The translations under genes and the position numbers were made by a program. Below are positions 25,501 to 38,509 of a DNA stretch of 64,000 nucleotides, piece by piece. This DNA is from Macrostomum hystrix (lineage: Eukaryota > Animalia > Platyhelminthes), in the NCBI GenBank assembly GCA_950097015.1, contig CATNEN010000037.1, positions 1,240,001 to 1,304,000 of the forward strand, written 5' to 3'. The notes under the pieces are model-generated. The model saw only the letters and a list, made by a program, of their open reading frames with translations, did no database searches and was not told the origin of the DNA. How positions within the stretch are numbered: position 1 is the first letter of the stretch; each line of letters starts with the position of its first letter.

Positions 25501-26074
25501 TAGTGTCACCAAATGGTGTGCCATTGCCCGCAGCCCTCCTGAAATTATAATGCTAATCATTGTTAAGTGCTTGTCGGTATTTGACAGTCAGTAATTGGTA
25601 GTCGGTAGGGATACGAAGAGTTGAAAATTGGGAAGAATGGCTGGGTCGGCTTTAGAGTCTCAGGGCGAGAAGGCAGGATGAAAGCAGAGAAGCAGACAGC
25701 GGATTTCAGACTGGGCAGGTGGAATGGTGATTTACTCGCAGGTTAATTCAGCCTGAATCACAGACGGACAGCACGCAGACTCTGATGAGCTAATGAGCCA
25801 ATTGTCCCACCCCAGTCAGTCGGCTGAGTGGGGGGCAGCCTGGCGCCAAAGCCCGCATCCTCCTTGTCTGGGAATCGCCGTGTGCTCAACCGCCGTTCTT
25901 AAACAAGCTGGCCGGATCGGAGCCGTCTTTCGTGGCATTCATTGTCTGCCTACTTGCGCCGACAGACCAAGTCAGCTCTCCATCCTTCCAATGACTCTCA
26001 ACTGTCCTCCTACCCTTTCTGTCGCCTCCTATCTGGGCCAGTCTTCTCTCGCCCATCGCTCCCATTGGCTCGGC

Positions 26075-26111
<37 letters not shown>

Positions 26112-26336
26112 TACTGATGAGTTCTCCCACCGATCCCCACTCGCTTTCTCTTCTTTTCTCTCGCTCAGCAAATTTCAATAGGAAGCAGGTGAAGCTGGTG
26201 AAGGAGATTCTACTGGCTCTGAACTCTGAAGAATTTTTCAAGAAGTTTTGACTCGAGAAACGAGCAGCCATGCGAAGCAGCTGATCTTTGGCGCATCGGC
26301 AGCAGCTGTTCTCGACTTCTTTCGCTGTCTTCAGTC

Positions 26337-29013
26337 ATGGACGACCGCGGCCCACCCACCGACCTGGCCTCAATGCTGGGCCGGTACAGCTTCGATTTTG
26401 ACGAATCCGACGAGGGCACTTTCTCCACCATCCCGCGCAAGGCCTCCTCCGCCGTGGTGCATCTGCCGCAGGTCCCAGCGCCGCCGCCGCAGCCGCCGCC
26501 GCTGCCGTTGCCTCTGCCGCTGACAATGCCTAGATCGTCTGCTGCGATCGCCGGCGACATCGCCACGCTGCCCCGGCATCAGCTTCAGCACCGACAGCAG
26601 CCGCAGCCGCCGCAGCTTCCTCAGCGTTGCCGTCGAAAAGCCGCCTCCGTAACTTTTCACCGCCTGGTCCTGACGCCCTTCTCGCTGAAGTTTCTGCACC
26701 GCTCTCCGCCAGTCAAGTCGCTTTGGGTGGTGGCCTTCGTACTCTGCTCGGCCATCAGCGGCTTCCATTTCTGGCGCCTCCTGGAGGCCTTCAACAGCGG
26801 CCACACCGTGCTGGCCCGCGGCCGGCCTCGCCCGTTCGTGTTCCCGGACGTGACCGTCTGTCCGCCGAGCGCCTTCTTTCGCCGCGACGTAGGCAAGCCG
26901 GACGCGTTCCCTGGCAGCAATCGGACCTTCGGCTACGACGTGCTGATCAAATCGGCGCCGGCTCTGTGGCGCTACGTCCTCTACGGCAACATGTCGCATC
27001 AGGGCCTGTCCCAGGCGCAGCGAGAGTACGCCTCGAGGTTAGCGCTGCAGAGCATCTTCAGGCACTACATCAACTCTAGCGCTGTTCTCAGCCCACTAGA
27101 CATGATCGCCTACTGCAGCTACCAAGGCCAGCTGTGCTCCGCGTTGAACTTCTCCGTGTTTTTCCACCCGGCGCACGGCTCCTGCGCAACCTTTCACGCG
27201 CCGCGACGCAGCGTGCAGCCCGCTCCGCTGGACTATGAGACTCCCGGCCTGGTGATGCAGCTGCACACACTGGGGCCCAGGGACTGGCTGCTCACTGCCG
27301 ATCCGCAGGTAGGTGGAACAGGTAGACAAGAAATGGATAGAGGAATAATACCAGTTGCTGTCTAATCCACAGAATCTCGAGCTGTGCAACTGAATTGCAT
27401 CATTATTTTTGTGACAGTTTCAATTAAAAAATGGTTTGTTTTTTGTTTGTTTTAAGCTACAAATCTCCCTAGAGAGACTAAGGCTTGATCTTCATCCCTA
27501 GATTCAAGAGATTATGTATGATTTTTAAGAGCAAAGTAGTCACTGAGTATGCATAATATTGCATAATGTTTTCATTTTGTCTTTGGGATGCTTTTGGGCT
27601 TCGAAATCCACCTCAGGATGTCTTCAGGTCCCTGAAACCTACTGTATGATTTCTTCAGGTCCCTGAAAACTAATGTAGGATTTCTTCAGGTCCCTGAAAC
27701 CTACTGTATGATTTCTTCAGGTCCCTGAAAACTAATGTAGGATTTCTTCAGGTCCCTGAAACCTTCCTGCCCGCAGTCGAGCATGACTCATCGGCACAGC
27801 TACACGGTGACTGTGCACCCGCCGATGTCGTGGCCCACCTTCGACCAAGTCGCCCACGTGTCTAGCGGCCGACTGACCAGCCTGCAGGTTGGCATGCGTC
27901 AAGTCTGGCGATTCGGGCTCGAGATGGACGATCTTGCCTTCTCCCCGCTGAGCGGCAACTCCTCGACGACAGTCTACTGTTTCGGCGGGCAGCGCCGCTG
28001 GTGCCGTGCCTATGCTGGCCGCCTAGCCGACCGACTCCTGGCACTTCGCCAGGCCGATCTCCTAGCCGACTGCGGCTGCCTCAGCGATGCTCTACCCGTG
28101 CCAGCCGCCGCCGCCGCCGCCGACCTGCCAGCCTGCGTTGGCGTTCGCGAGCCGATCCTGCTGCTGTTCGATCCGCGCACAGTCAGCCACCTGGGCAAGT
28201 ACCTGTACGTGCGGACTCCCGGCGGCGAGATGCGCTGGATCGAAGACACGGCTGGCTACGCCGCCTTCAAGCGTGACGCCACCTGCCTGCTGCGGCGGCC
28301 GCCAATGCTGATGGACGCCCGGGAGCTGTCCAGAGCGAATCCGGATCCGGTGTCCACAGAGTATGCCGTTAGCATGGACTCCGGGCCCTGGCTGCAGTCC
28401 ACGGACACACTGCAGGCGGGCTACATCGCCAGGAACATGCGACTGTACCGCGAGTCCGTGGCCAGCCCGGAGGCCGTCAGGCTGAATGTCAGCTTGCCAG
28501 TGCAGGATTACATCAGGCGCATGCAGGAAGCCGAGTTCACCATACACGCTTACCAGGTGCGGCTTTCCGGGTGTCTCCTCTCTGGGTAGACGGCGGGAGT
28601 AACTATACAGCAAATTGCATAGTTAGATTCTTCGTTATCGAATTAGAAATAAGCTACTGCAGCCACTAAACCCAATGGTTCAGGTGATTAAGGACAACAC
28701 TGGAATGCTGGAGATTCGGCCATCGGATCTGCTCAGCGAGCAGTGGCTGGAGTTGTGGCTCTACCCGCTTTGCCAGTTCCTAGCGGACGTTGGCGGAGCC
28801 CTGGGTCTGCTACTGGGCGCTTCGCTGATCACAATCCTGGAGTCGCTGGATGCTCTCTGCCTGTTTCTCTGCAGCACCAGCGGCTCCAACAATGTCGGCA
28901 GATCCTCGACTCGACAGTCGACAGCCAGAAGAGGCGGCGGAGGCGACGGCGGCAGCTGCAGTAGCGGCAGCGGCGGGGGAGGCGTCGGTGCCGCGGGTCA
29001 CTCGAACTGTTAG
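26337..29013 (+). CDS. DEG/ENaC family channel subunit, 3 exons, ~690-700 aa
   Basis: Exons 26337-27308 (cag|GTAGGT), 27777-28556 (ccgcag|TCG; cag|GTGCGG) and 28663 or 28684-29013 (both acceptors in frame); all introns phase 0. TM1 LWVVAFVLCSAISGFHFW, FPDVTVCP, CSYQGQLC..F..HPAHGSCATF, TM2 FLADVGGALGLLLGASLITILESL (GAS filter). Confidence 0.92.
27615..27765. repeat. 31-bp repeat just upstream of the DEG/ENaC-2 exon 2 acceptor
   Basis: Unit TTCTTCAGGTCCCTGAAACCTACTGTATGAT and variant, ~5 copies. Confidence 0.85.
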
Positions 29014-29235
29014 TCGGGTAGCAGGGTGTTAGCAATGTTCCTCACAGCCCGATACCTACACCCTCTGGTCCGCTTTGCCAAAATACTTTCTTTAAACTTG
29101 CTGAATTCTGCACGGCAAATTCATGGGAACGGCTTCAATATTTTAGGATTAGAATGCAAGATTTTGCATTCGTGAGATTCGGCATTTTGTTGACACTTAT
29201 AATCAAACTGTAGATACTTGAATGGATAAGGAATT

Positions 29236-30692
29236 CTCTGATCCCAAAACTGTCTGACCCAGATCCCCAAACTGTCTGACCCACACGATTCTCAGATCCC
29301 AAAACTGTCTGACCCACACGATTCTCAGATCCCAAAACTGTCTGACCCAGATGATTCTCAGATCCCAAATCTGTCTAACCCACATGGTTCACAGATCCTA
29401 AAACTGTCTGACCCAGATGATTCTCAGATCCCAAATCTGTCTAACCCACACGATTCTCAGATCCCAAAACTGTCTGACCCACATGGTTCTCAGATCCCAA
29501 ATCTGTCTAACCCACACGATTCTCAGATCCCAAAACTGTCTGACCCACATGGTTCTCAGATCCTAAAACTATCTGACCCAGATGATTCTCAGATCCCAAA
29601 ACTGTCTGACCCACATGGTTCTCAGATCCCAAAACTGTCTGACCCAGATGATTCTCAGATCCCAAATCTGTCTAACCCACATGGTTCACAGATCCTAAAT
29701 CTGTCTGACCCACATGATTCTCAGATCCCAAAACTGTCTGACCCACATGATTCTCAGATCCCCAAAACTGTCTGACCCACATGATTCTCAGATCCCCAAA
29801 CTGTCTGACCCACATGGTTCTCAGATCCTAAAACTGTCTGACCCACATGATTCTCAGATCCCAAAACTATCTGACCCACATGGTTCTCAGATCCTAAAAC
29901 TGTCTGACCCACATGGTTCTCAGATCCCAAAACTATCTGACCCACATGGTTCTCAGATCCTAAAACTGTCTGACCCACATGGTTCTCAGATCCCAAATCT
30001 GTCTGACCCACACGATTCTCAGATCCCAAATCTGTCTGACCCACATGGTTCTCAGATCCCAAAACTGTCTGACCCACATAGTTCTCAGATCCTAAAACTG
30101 TCTGACCCACATGATTCTCAGATCCCACAACTGTCTGACCCACATGGTTCTCAGATCCTAAAACTGTCTGACCCACATGGTTCTCAGATCCCAAAACTAT
30201 CTGACCCACATGGTTCTCAGATCCTAAAACTGTCTGACCCAGATGATTCTCAGATCCCAAATCTGTCTAACCCACATGGTTCACAGATCCTAAATCTGTC
30301 TAACCCACATGATTCTCAGATCCCAAAACTGTCTGACCCACATGATTCTCAGATCCCCAAAACTGTCTGACCCACATGATTCTCAGATCCCCAAACTGTC
30401 TGACCCACATGATTCTCAGATCCCACAACTGTCTGACCCACATGGTTCTCAGATCCCTAAACTGTCTGACCCACACGATTCTCAGATCCCAAAACTATCT
30501 GACCCACATGGTTCTCAGATCCTAAAACTGTCTGACCCAAACGATTCTCAGATCCCAAATCTGTCTGACCCACATGGTTCTCAGATCCCAAATCTGTCTG
30601 ACCCACACGATTCTCAGATCCCAAATCTGTCTGACCCACATGGTTCTCAGATCCCAAAACTGTCTGACCCACATGGTTCTCAGATCCCCAAA
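29236..30692. repeat. 33-bp minisatellite
   Basis: Unit CTCAGATCCCAAAACTGTCTGACCCACATGGTT. Confidence 0.95.
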
Positions 30693-31599
30693 CTTACACA
30701 TCCGTTCACCTCGTTTGTCATTATGTAGCTCCTGACAGACTCAGTTGAAGTATTTGACTCACTGACCAAAACAAAGCAATGCACAATTTTGTTTTTATAT
30801 TTTAGCTCTACTTAAAATAAAGCGCCCGGATGGAAAGCGTGTACTCAGAAGATTCTCTCCATTGTTGTTAAATTTGCGTCATGCATTTTTTGCCTAAACA
30901 TATGTCTGTGCGTGATTGCTTATCTGCTAGACTCTTAATTGATTTTTTTAACAAAGACATACAAAGACAGTGGGAAACATTTGTCAAACACTTGAGCAAG
31001 ACACTAAATATTACCCTTCTTCAGTTCAACCAGGTGTGACATACCCCAGCATTGGCTGGGGTAGAAATTGAGGTGGCTGCTGCGCCTGCCCGGTCCATGG
31101 ACTGAAGAGCTGTACACAACATTCGGAAATTACATACAGTTGCGAAATAGTTTGATTAAGCAAACTGAAATCATTTTACGCCGCTACTTTGCAATATATA
31201 TTGCGTCCGTTTAATCATGCATTGTATTTGCTTTTACCTGTTGCATTGTTGCATTGCTGCAGTCCCTGGTTTCTTTGTGAAAGAATAATAAATTATTGAA
31301 TGGACTATTCAGTCCCTCATACAAAAGAAATATCTGATCTTTTTTCAATTTCGAAGGCTTGGCTTAATTCAGTCGCAACGGAGCTTCCGGCCACGCTGGG
31401 CTAAATAAAAAGCCAATACTGCAGCTTTCAATAATTCCTTGATCAACACACGGCCTCAATACACTGGGGCACATCAAAGGCGAGAGCCGCCAATTCAACT
31501 CTTTGTTGCCATTCAACGGGGCGAAATGACAGTTGCTGACCATAAAACCATGGCTGCCCTTCCCTCACTTCGATAAATTTTGATCAACTAATAGTTGAC

Positions 31600-31910
31600 C
31601 GGCTGACCCACATGACTATCAGATCCCTAAACTGTCTGACCCACATGACTATCAGATCCCTAAACTGTCTGACCCACATGACTATCAGATCCCTAAACTG
31701 TCTGACCCACATGACTATCAGATCCCTAAACTGTCTGACCCACATAACTATCAGATCCCTAAACTGTCTGACCCACATGACTATCAGATCCCTAAACTGT
31801 CTAACCCACATGACTATCAGATCCCTAAACTGTCTAACCCACATGACTATCAGATCCCCAAACTGTCTAATCCTCACGATTCTCAAAACCCTGAACTGTC
31901 TGACCCACGT
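31600..31910. repeat. 33-bp minisatellite, same family as 29236-30692
   Basis: Unit ATGACTATCAGATCCCTAAACTGTCTGACCCAC. Confidence 0.93.
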
Positions 31911-32289
31911 TATGCTGAGATCCCAAAAAAGTTTAGAGTTACATTATTATTGGACCATTTAACAGGCTTACACACTTGCAATAACTCTGCAATGGTGGAA
32001 ATTGAGTTACTTATTATGCTTAAATAACAGATGGTGGACTCATTCCATTCTGGCGCCACCCGATGCATGGGACATTGCTTATTCAGTACCACACACAAAT
32101 TTCTAGTTCAGTCTCATTTTATAATATAATATTAGGCTATTTATATTCTGAAGGACTTCATATTTCGCACTTGGGAAGAAAGAAATTATATCGATATAAT
32201 CTACGAGCTATGTACAGCACGCTTTTGATGTAATATTTTTCCTTCTCCCCAACCGCTCCCCCCTCTCCCCTCTCCCCTCTCCCCTCTTT

Positions 32290-33350
32290 CTGTCCCACAT
32301 TCTTCTCTCTCCTTCCTTCGTTCTCCCCTCTCTCCCCATCATCCTCCCCTCTCTATTCCTCATTCTCCCCTGTCTGTTCTTCATTCTCCCCTGTCTGTTC
32401 TTCATTCTCCCCTGTCTGTTCTTCATTCTCCCCTCTCTCTCTGTTCTTCATTCTCCCCTCTCTGTTCTTCATTCTCCCCTCTCTCTCTGTTCTTCATTCT
32501 CCCCTCTCTGTTCTTCATTCTCCCCTCTCTGTTCTTCATACTCCACTGTCTGTTCTTCATTCTCCCCTCTCTGTTCTTCATTCTCCCCTCTCTCTCTGTT
32601 CTTCATTCTCCCCTCTCTGTTCTTCATTCTCCCCTCTCTCTCTGTTCTTCATTCTCCCCTCTCTGTTCTTCAGTCTCCCCTCTCTGTTCTTCATTTTCCC
32701 CTCTCTCTCTGTTCTTCATTCTCCACTGTCTGTTCTTCATTCTCCCCTCTCTGTTCTTCATTCTCCCCTCTCTGTTCTTCATTCTCCCCTCTCTGTTCTT
32801 CATTCTCCACTATCTGTTCTTCATTCTCCCCTCTCTGTTCTTCATTCTCCACTATCTGTTCTTCATTCTCCCCTCTCTGTTCTTCATTCTCCCCTGTCTG
32901 TTCTTCATTCTCCCCTCTCTCTCTCTGTTCTTCATTCTCCCCTCTCTGTTCTTCATTCTCCCCTCTCTGTTCTTCATTCTCCCCTCTCTCTCTGTTCTTC
33001 ATTCTCCCCTCTCTGTTCTTCAGTCTCCCCTCTCTGTTCTTCATTTTCCCCTCTCTCTCTGTTCTTCATTCTCCACTGTCTGTTCTTCATTCTCCCCTCT
33101 CTGTTCTTCATTCTCCCCTCTCTGTTCTTCATTCTCCCCTCTCTGTTCTTCATTCTCCACTATCTGTTCTTCATTCTCCCCTCTCTGTTCTTCATTCTCC
33201 ACTATCTGTTCTTCATTCTCCCCTCTCTGTTCTTCATTCTCCCCTGTCTGTTCTTCATTCTCCCCTCTCTCTCTCTGTTCTTCATTCTCCCCTCTCTGTT
33301 CTTCATTTTCCCCTCTCTCTCTGTTCTTCATTCTCCCCTATCCGTCTTTC
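32290..33350. repeat. ~21-bp pyrimidine-rich minisatellite
   Basis: Unit TTCTTCATTCTCCCCTCTCTG with an internal ~350-bp block duplication (32691-33044 vs 33041-33331). Confidence 0.93.
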
Positions 33351-34187
33351 ATTCTCCCCTCTCGGAGCATGATTCTACCGCTGCCCTCATTCTCTCCGTA
33401 ATTCAGTGTCACCGAGTTCATACCGATTGTTATTCGTCGTTGCTATTAGTGTTATCCCTAATGATCAATCAATCGTCAAATTGCAGCAGTGCAGAAGCAC
33501 CAGATCATTATTGATTTATCTCTAATCCATACAAATCGGTGAATAAATGTGAAATAACAATGCCGCGACGCGCACCATTAAATTACTCATGGTTTGGGGG
33601 GGGGCAATATCAGAAAAAAACAGACTGATCTGAGTCGAGTAAGTAGTCTCAACCGACCAAGTGACACTGATAGATACATGCGTAACGCTTGCATTCAGTT
33701 GATACGCAGACTATAGACTATGGTTGTGAAATAAGCCATCCAACTCACTCACACAAACACTGCATTCACTGGCGTATAAAAAATACTAACCCGACTGCCC
33801 GGTTGAGAAGAAAGTACTTCCGCTTTCTAGCCGGCCTGCTGTTGGCCGTCTCTCCACTCCAGCCTCCCGGCTTCTTCATCATTTCAGCGGTATGAAGCTT
33901 TGTTTCTCGGATTGTCTGCCCTTCTCTCTCCCTCCCGCTCTACCTCTCTCAGTTTTTTAACTAATCTCCATTCTCCGTAGCATTCTTGCATAATACAAAT
34001 GCTGCTGTTTGTTTAGAACCGATTCTGATGCCACGAGTGACACTTAATGCCATGCGAGTGACATTCATTTTCTTCTCAATCCCAACTTTCACTCTGTTCT
34101 TCACCTTTAGTTTTCGTCACAATCAATAAAATCTTATTCTCTTACTTGTCATTATTTTCTCTCCTTCAATATCTTATTTCTTATTAA

Positions 34188-34490
34188 GAGGTTGTAGCCT
34201 AGTGGTTAGGGCGTCGGACTCACGACTTAAAGGTCGGGGGTTCGATTCCTGTCTCCACTTAAACAATTTGTGTCCTTTAGCAAGACACTTAACTCTGCAT
34301 TGCTTCAGTTCACCCAGCTGTTAAATGGGTACCAGCATTAGCTGGGATAATTGAAGGTGGGTGTGGCGTCCCCCCAGTCCATGGACTGAACAGCCGTACG
34401 CAGCCTTCAGATGCGCCGCGCAATAGCTGCGGCTGTGCTGTCGGCTGCACATCTGACCCGATTAGGGCAGGTGTAATCAATTATTATATT
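34188..34490 (+). mobile_element. tRNA-derived SINE family A, copy 2
   Basis: GAGGTTGTAGCCTAGTGGTTAGGGCGTCGGACTCACGACTTAAAGGTCGGGGGTTCGATTCC head, with the same body and TTA tail as copies 1 and 3. Confidence 0.88.
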
Positions 34491-34944
34491 ATTTCTCATT
34501 CTCTTATTTCTCATTCTCTTCTCTCTCCCTCTTTCTCTTATTTCTCATTATCCCATTTCTCGTTCTCTTATTTTTCATTCTCTCCTTCATTCTCTCCTTC
34601 ATTCTCTCCTTCATTCTCTCCCTCCACAGCTTGATATTCTAGCCCCAATGTGCCCTATCTCCACTCCCAGCCAAGCACTCTGAGACCCAGCATGCCACGA
34701 GTTTCTTATCCAGTGAGCTGGCTGCCCCGACCGTCAGTCCCTTCTCGACGCCAACCCATCCGCAATGATGAATGGCCCCACCAACGCCCGCGGTTGGCAA
34801 CAAACGAGCAATCATTTTAATTGAGCCAGATTCCTCGCTACTGGGCTAAGGCAAGATGGGAACTGACTTGAAATCAGGGAACTGCTGCACCTAAATTAGC
34901 CAAGCTTGTGAGCCCACTGTGTTATTACTCGCATACTATAGTTC

Positions 34945-35730
34945 AACTCATCCTACCCCCTCTCCCCATTATCCCACTCATCCTACCCCTCTCCCCATTT
35001 CTCACACTCATCCTACCCCCTCTCCCCATTTCTCACACTCATCCTACCCCCTCTCCCCATTTCTCCCACTCATCCTACCCCCTCTCCCCATTCTCCCACT
35101 CATCCTACCCCCTCTCCCCATTTCTCACACTCAATCCTACCCCGCTCTCCCCATTTCTTCCACTCATCCAACCCCCTCTCCCCATTTCTCCCTCTCATCC
35201 TACCCCCTCTTCCCATTTCTCCCTCTCATCCAACCCCCTCTCCCCATTTCTCCCTCTCATCCTACCCCCTCTCCCCATTTCTCACACTCATCCTACCCCC
35301 TCTCCCCATTTCTCCCACTCATCCTACCCCCTCTCCCCATTCTCCCACTCATCCTACCCCCTCTCCCCATTTCTCACACTCAATCCTACCCCGCTCTCCC
35401 CATTTCTCCCACTCATCCTACCCCCTCTCCCCATTTCTCACACTCATCCTACCCCCTCTCCCCATTTCTCCCACTCATCCTACCCCCTCTCCCCATTTCT
35501 TCCACTCATCCTACCCCCTCTTCCCATTTCTCCCTCTCATCCAACCCCCTCTCCCCATTTCTCCCTCTCATCCTACCCCCTCTTCCCATTTCTCCCTCTC
35601 ATCCTACCCCCTCTTCCCATTTCTCCCTCTCATCCTACCCCCTCTCCCCATTCATCCCTCTCATCCTACCCCCTCTTCCCATTTCTCCCACTCATCCTAC
35701 CCCCTCTCCCCATTTCTCCCACTCATCCAG
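34945..35730. repeat. ~30-bp pyrimidine-rich minisatellite
   Basis: Unit CTCATCCTACCCCCTCTCCCCATTTCTCCCA. Confidence 0.93.
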
Positions 35731-36434
35731 CCTTTTTTATTTGTCAGATGTAGTAAATAAATTTCAACTACAAACTGAAAAACTTCAGTTTAATTGTTGT
35801 GTCTGTCACTATTGTCATTTGTGTTTTAAAAATTCGTCAACAATCAACAATATCCGTTTTGCCCCTGCTTCTGTGGTTCAAACAAAGCAGCAGTAATTTT
35901 TTGTCATTTTCTGAAAGCAGTTTATAAAGCCATCAAATGAAAAGCAAATTAAAATACAATAGCCTTTGTTTTTAACAACCACTGGATGCCGAACTCACTG
36001 AATTGACAAAAATAAAATTAAACGAAATAGAAGGAAATTTGATAAATCATAAACTTCACTTGATTTCCCGGTAGGAGGTATGAGCTTTGTGCTCTAAGCC
36101 AGGAAAACTCAGGTAGACTGAAGGAAGAAAATGTACTTTTCTATCAGCCTCTTTAGTTCAACGTGTGGCACATCTAACTGCATTCTGTGCGAGTATAGTG
36201 TAATCTCTCACCTCCTTACTCAGACAAAACTGTTTTTTTCAGCGTCTGTTTCTTGAATTTCCACGTCAATAGATTGATTGTGAGGCTTTTTGGGTCCTGT
36301 GTCCGAGTATATCTAATTTCTCCTCTTGGTGGATGATGCGAGATCGGGATGAGATGAGCATGGAGGAAATCTAAGATTAAAGAAGAAAATATATAAGATG
36401 AGATTGGACGAAATTCAATGAAGCTAAATGAAGT

Positions 36435-36900
36435 AAGATGAGATGCAGTGAGATGAAATTAGATTCGATAAGATGTGGTGAGATAAGATGTGGTGAGATA
36501 AGATGTGGTGAGATAAGATGTGGTGAGATAAGATGTGGTGAGATAAGATGTGGTGAGATAAGATGTGGTGAGATAAGATGTGGAGAGATAAGATGTGGTG
36601 AGATAAGATGTGGTGAGATAAGATGTGGTGAGATAAGATGTGGTGAGATAAGATGTGGTGAGATAAGATGTGGTGAGATAAGATGTGGTGAGATAAGATG
36701 TGGTGAGATAAGATGTGGTGAGATAAGATGTGGTGAGATAAGATGTGGTGAGATAAGATGCAGTGAGATAAGATGTGGTGAGATAAGATGTGGTGAGATA
36801 AGATGTAGTATGATTAAATGAGATGAGATGAGATGAGATAAAATGAGATGAAATGAAGTGAGTTGAGACGAAATGAGATGAGATGGGATGAGATGAGCAA
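36435..36900. repeat. 15-bp minisatellite with (GAGAT)n flanks
   Basis: Unit GAGATAAGATGTGGT. Confidence 0.93.
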
Positions 36901-37704
36901 TTTAAATGAGATTATCTATTGTAAGAAGAACAATAAATAAAAAACACACCTATGCGAGCGTATATGAAGCAAAAGAGTCGTGAATAACACCTACTTAGAT
37001 TTGTCATGCGAGTGTGAAACTTTGATCAGCTATTCTATATATTCCATCCATCTAGTTATAAATCAAAAGGTCATATTCACACTTTGATGTATTTGATCAA
37101 ATATTATTAGTAAGTACCTTGCCTTTCAGAGGTCTCAAATTAATATGTCAATCTTCATGATTTGTAAAATAACATAAAAACATGTTGATGCACTTTTATC
37201 GGTCATAAAAGTTCTTGGCTACATAATCCGTATATTTCTAAGCTAATAAATATTAGCAAATGTAAAATACGAGTAACATGTTACTCTACTCTAAAATGTC
37301 TACTTAAAATTTCACGGTAACTAAGCGACAAAAAATACTGCACAAACTAAAGGTGCCAGCAAAAAAAATTGTAAATGGTAGAAAATAGTAAATATAAAAA
37401 ATATCTAGTGCTAAGGAAAAGCTTTTCACTACGAGGTTAATTGCCTGATAAGTAATAGCTTTGCATTGAGATTACGTACAATAAACTAAGGTAGAATTGC
37501 AGGAAGCATGTCTATAGAAATGACAGAAGCAAACAGATAATATTTAACATTTGCCTCAGGCATCCGGTCACAGCGGCTGTCATCGGCTTGTCACTACACA
37601 GGAAATTTCAGCTATCTAATTATCAAAACCTGCAGTCAAAAGAAAGCCAGATTTTTATAACTTCCGAAACATTCCCAATTAAACTTTTCAACTGAGCAAC
37701 TGAT

Positions 37705-38385
37705 TTCGTCAAAGTCGACAAAGACCTCAAAGTGCAGTCGACAAAGACCTCAAAGTGCTGTCGACAAATACCATAAGGTCCTGTTGACAAGGACCTTATA
37801 GTCGACAAGGACCTCAAAGTCCTGTCGACAAAGACCTGAAATTCCTGTCGATAAAGACCCGAAAGTCCTGTCGTCAAAGACCACAAAGTTTGACCGACAA
37901 AGAACTAAAAATTCTGTCGACAAAGACCTCAAAGTCCTGTTGTCAAAGACCTAAAAGTCCTGCCGACAAAGACCTCAAAGTCCTGCCGACAAGAATCACA
38001 AAGTCCTGTCGACAAAGACCTCAAAGTCGTATCGACAAATACGGCAAAGTCCTGTCGACAAAGACCTAAAAGTCCTGTCGACAAAGACCTCAAAGTCGTG
38101 TCGACAAAGACCCGAAAGTCCTGTCTTCAAAGACCAAAAAGGTTGGCCGACAAAGAGCTAAAAATTCTGTCGACAAAGACCTCAAAGTCCTGTTGTCAAA
38201 GACCTAAAAGTCCTGCTGACAAAGACCTCAAAGTCCTGCCGACATAAACCACAAAGTCCTGTCGACAAAGACCTCAAAGTCGTGTCGACAAATACTGCAA
38301 AGTCCTGTCGACAAAGACCAAAAAGTCCTGCCGACAAAGACCACAAAGTCCTGTCGACAAAGACTTCAAAGTTCTGGTCATTGAG
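37705..38385. repeat. ~23-bp diverged minisatellite
   Basis: Unit AAAGTCCTGTCGACAAAGACCTC. Confidence 0.88.
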
Positions 38386-38509
38386 ATTGACACAGACATT
38401 CAAGTTCTGATCGTTGGTACCCAAGGCAGTTTTAAAATAGAAAATCTACGGCTATTGTAACGCGTGTAAACAATTAACTGCCATCAGTAAATTCTTGCTA
38501 AAACTGTCT

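Noticed and set aside
25012-32218. Shared 18-mer ATAATCTACGAGCTATGT at ~25012 and ~32197 as element termini
   Set aside because: The two copies are in direct orientation and the flanks do not extend the match, so there is too little to define an element.
34188-34260. tRNA genes at the SINE heads (also 18165-18237, 53480-53554, 25224 and 53757)
   Set aside because: A and B boxes are present, but there is no canonical acceptor or anticodon stem, and each head continues into a shared body and TTA tail, so these are SINEs.
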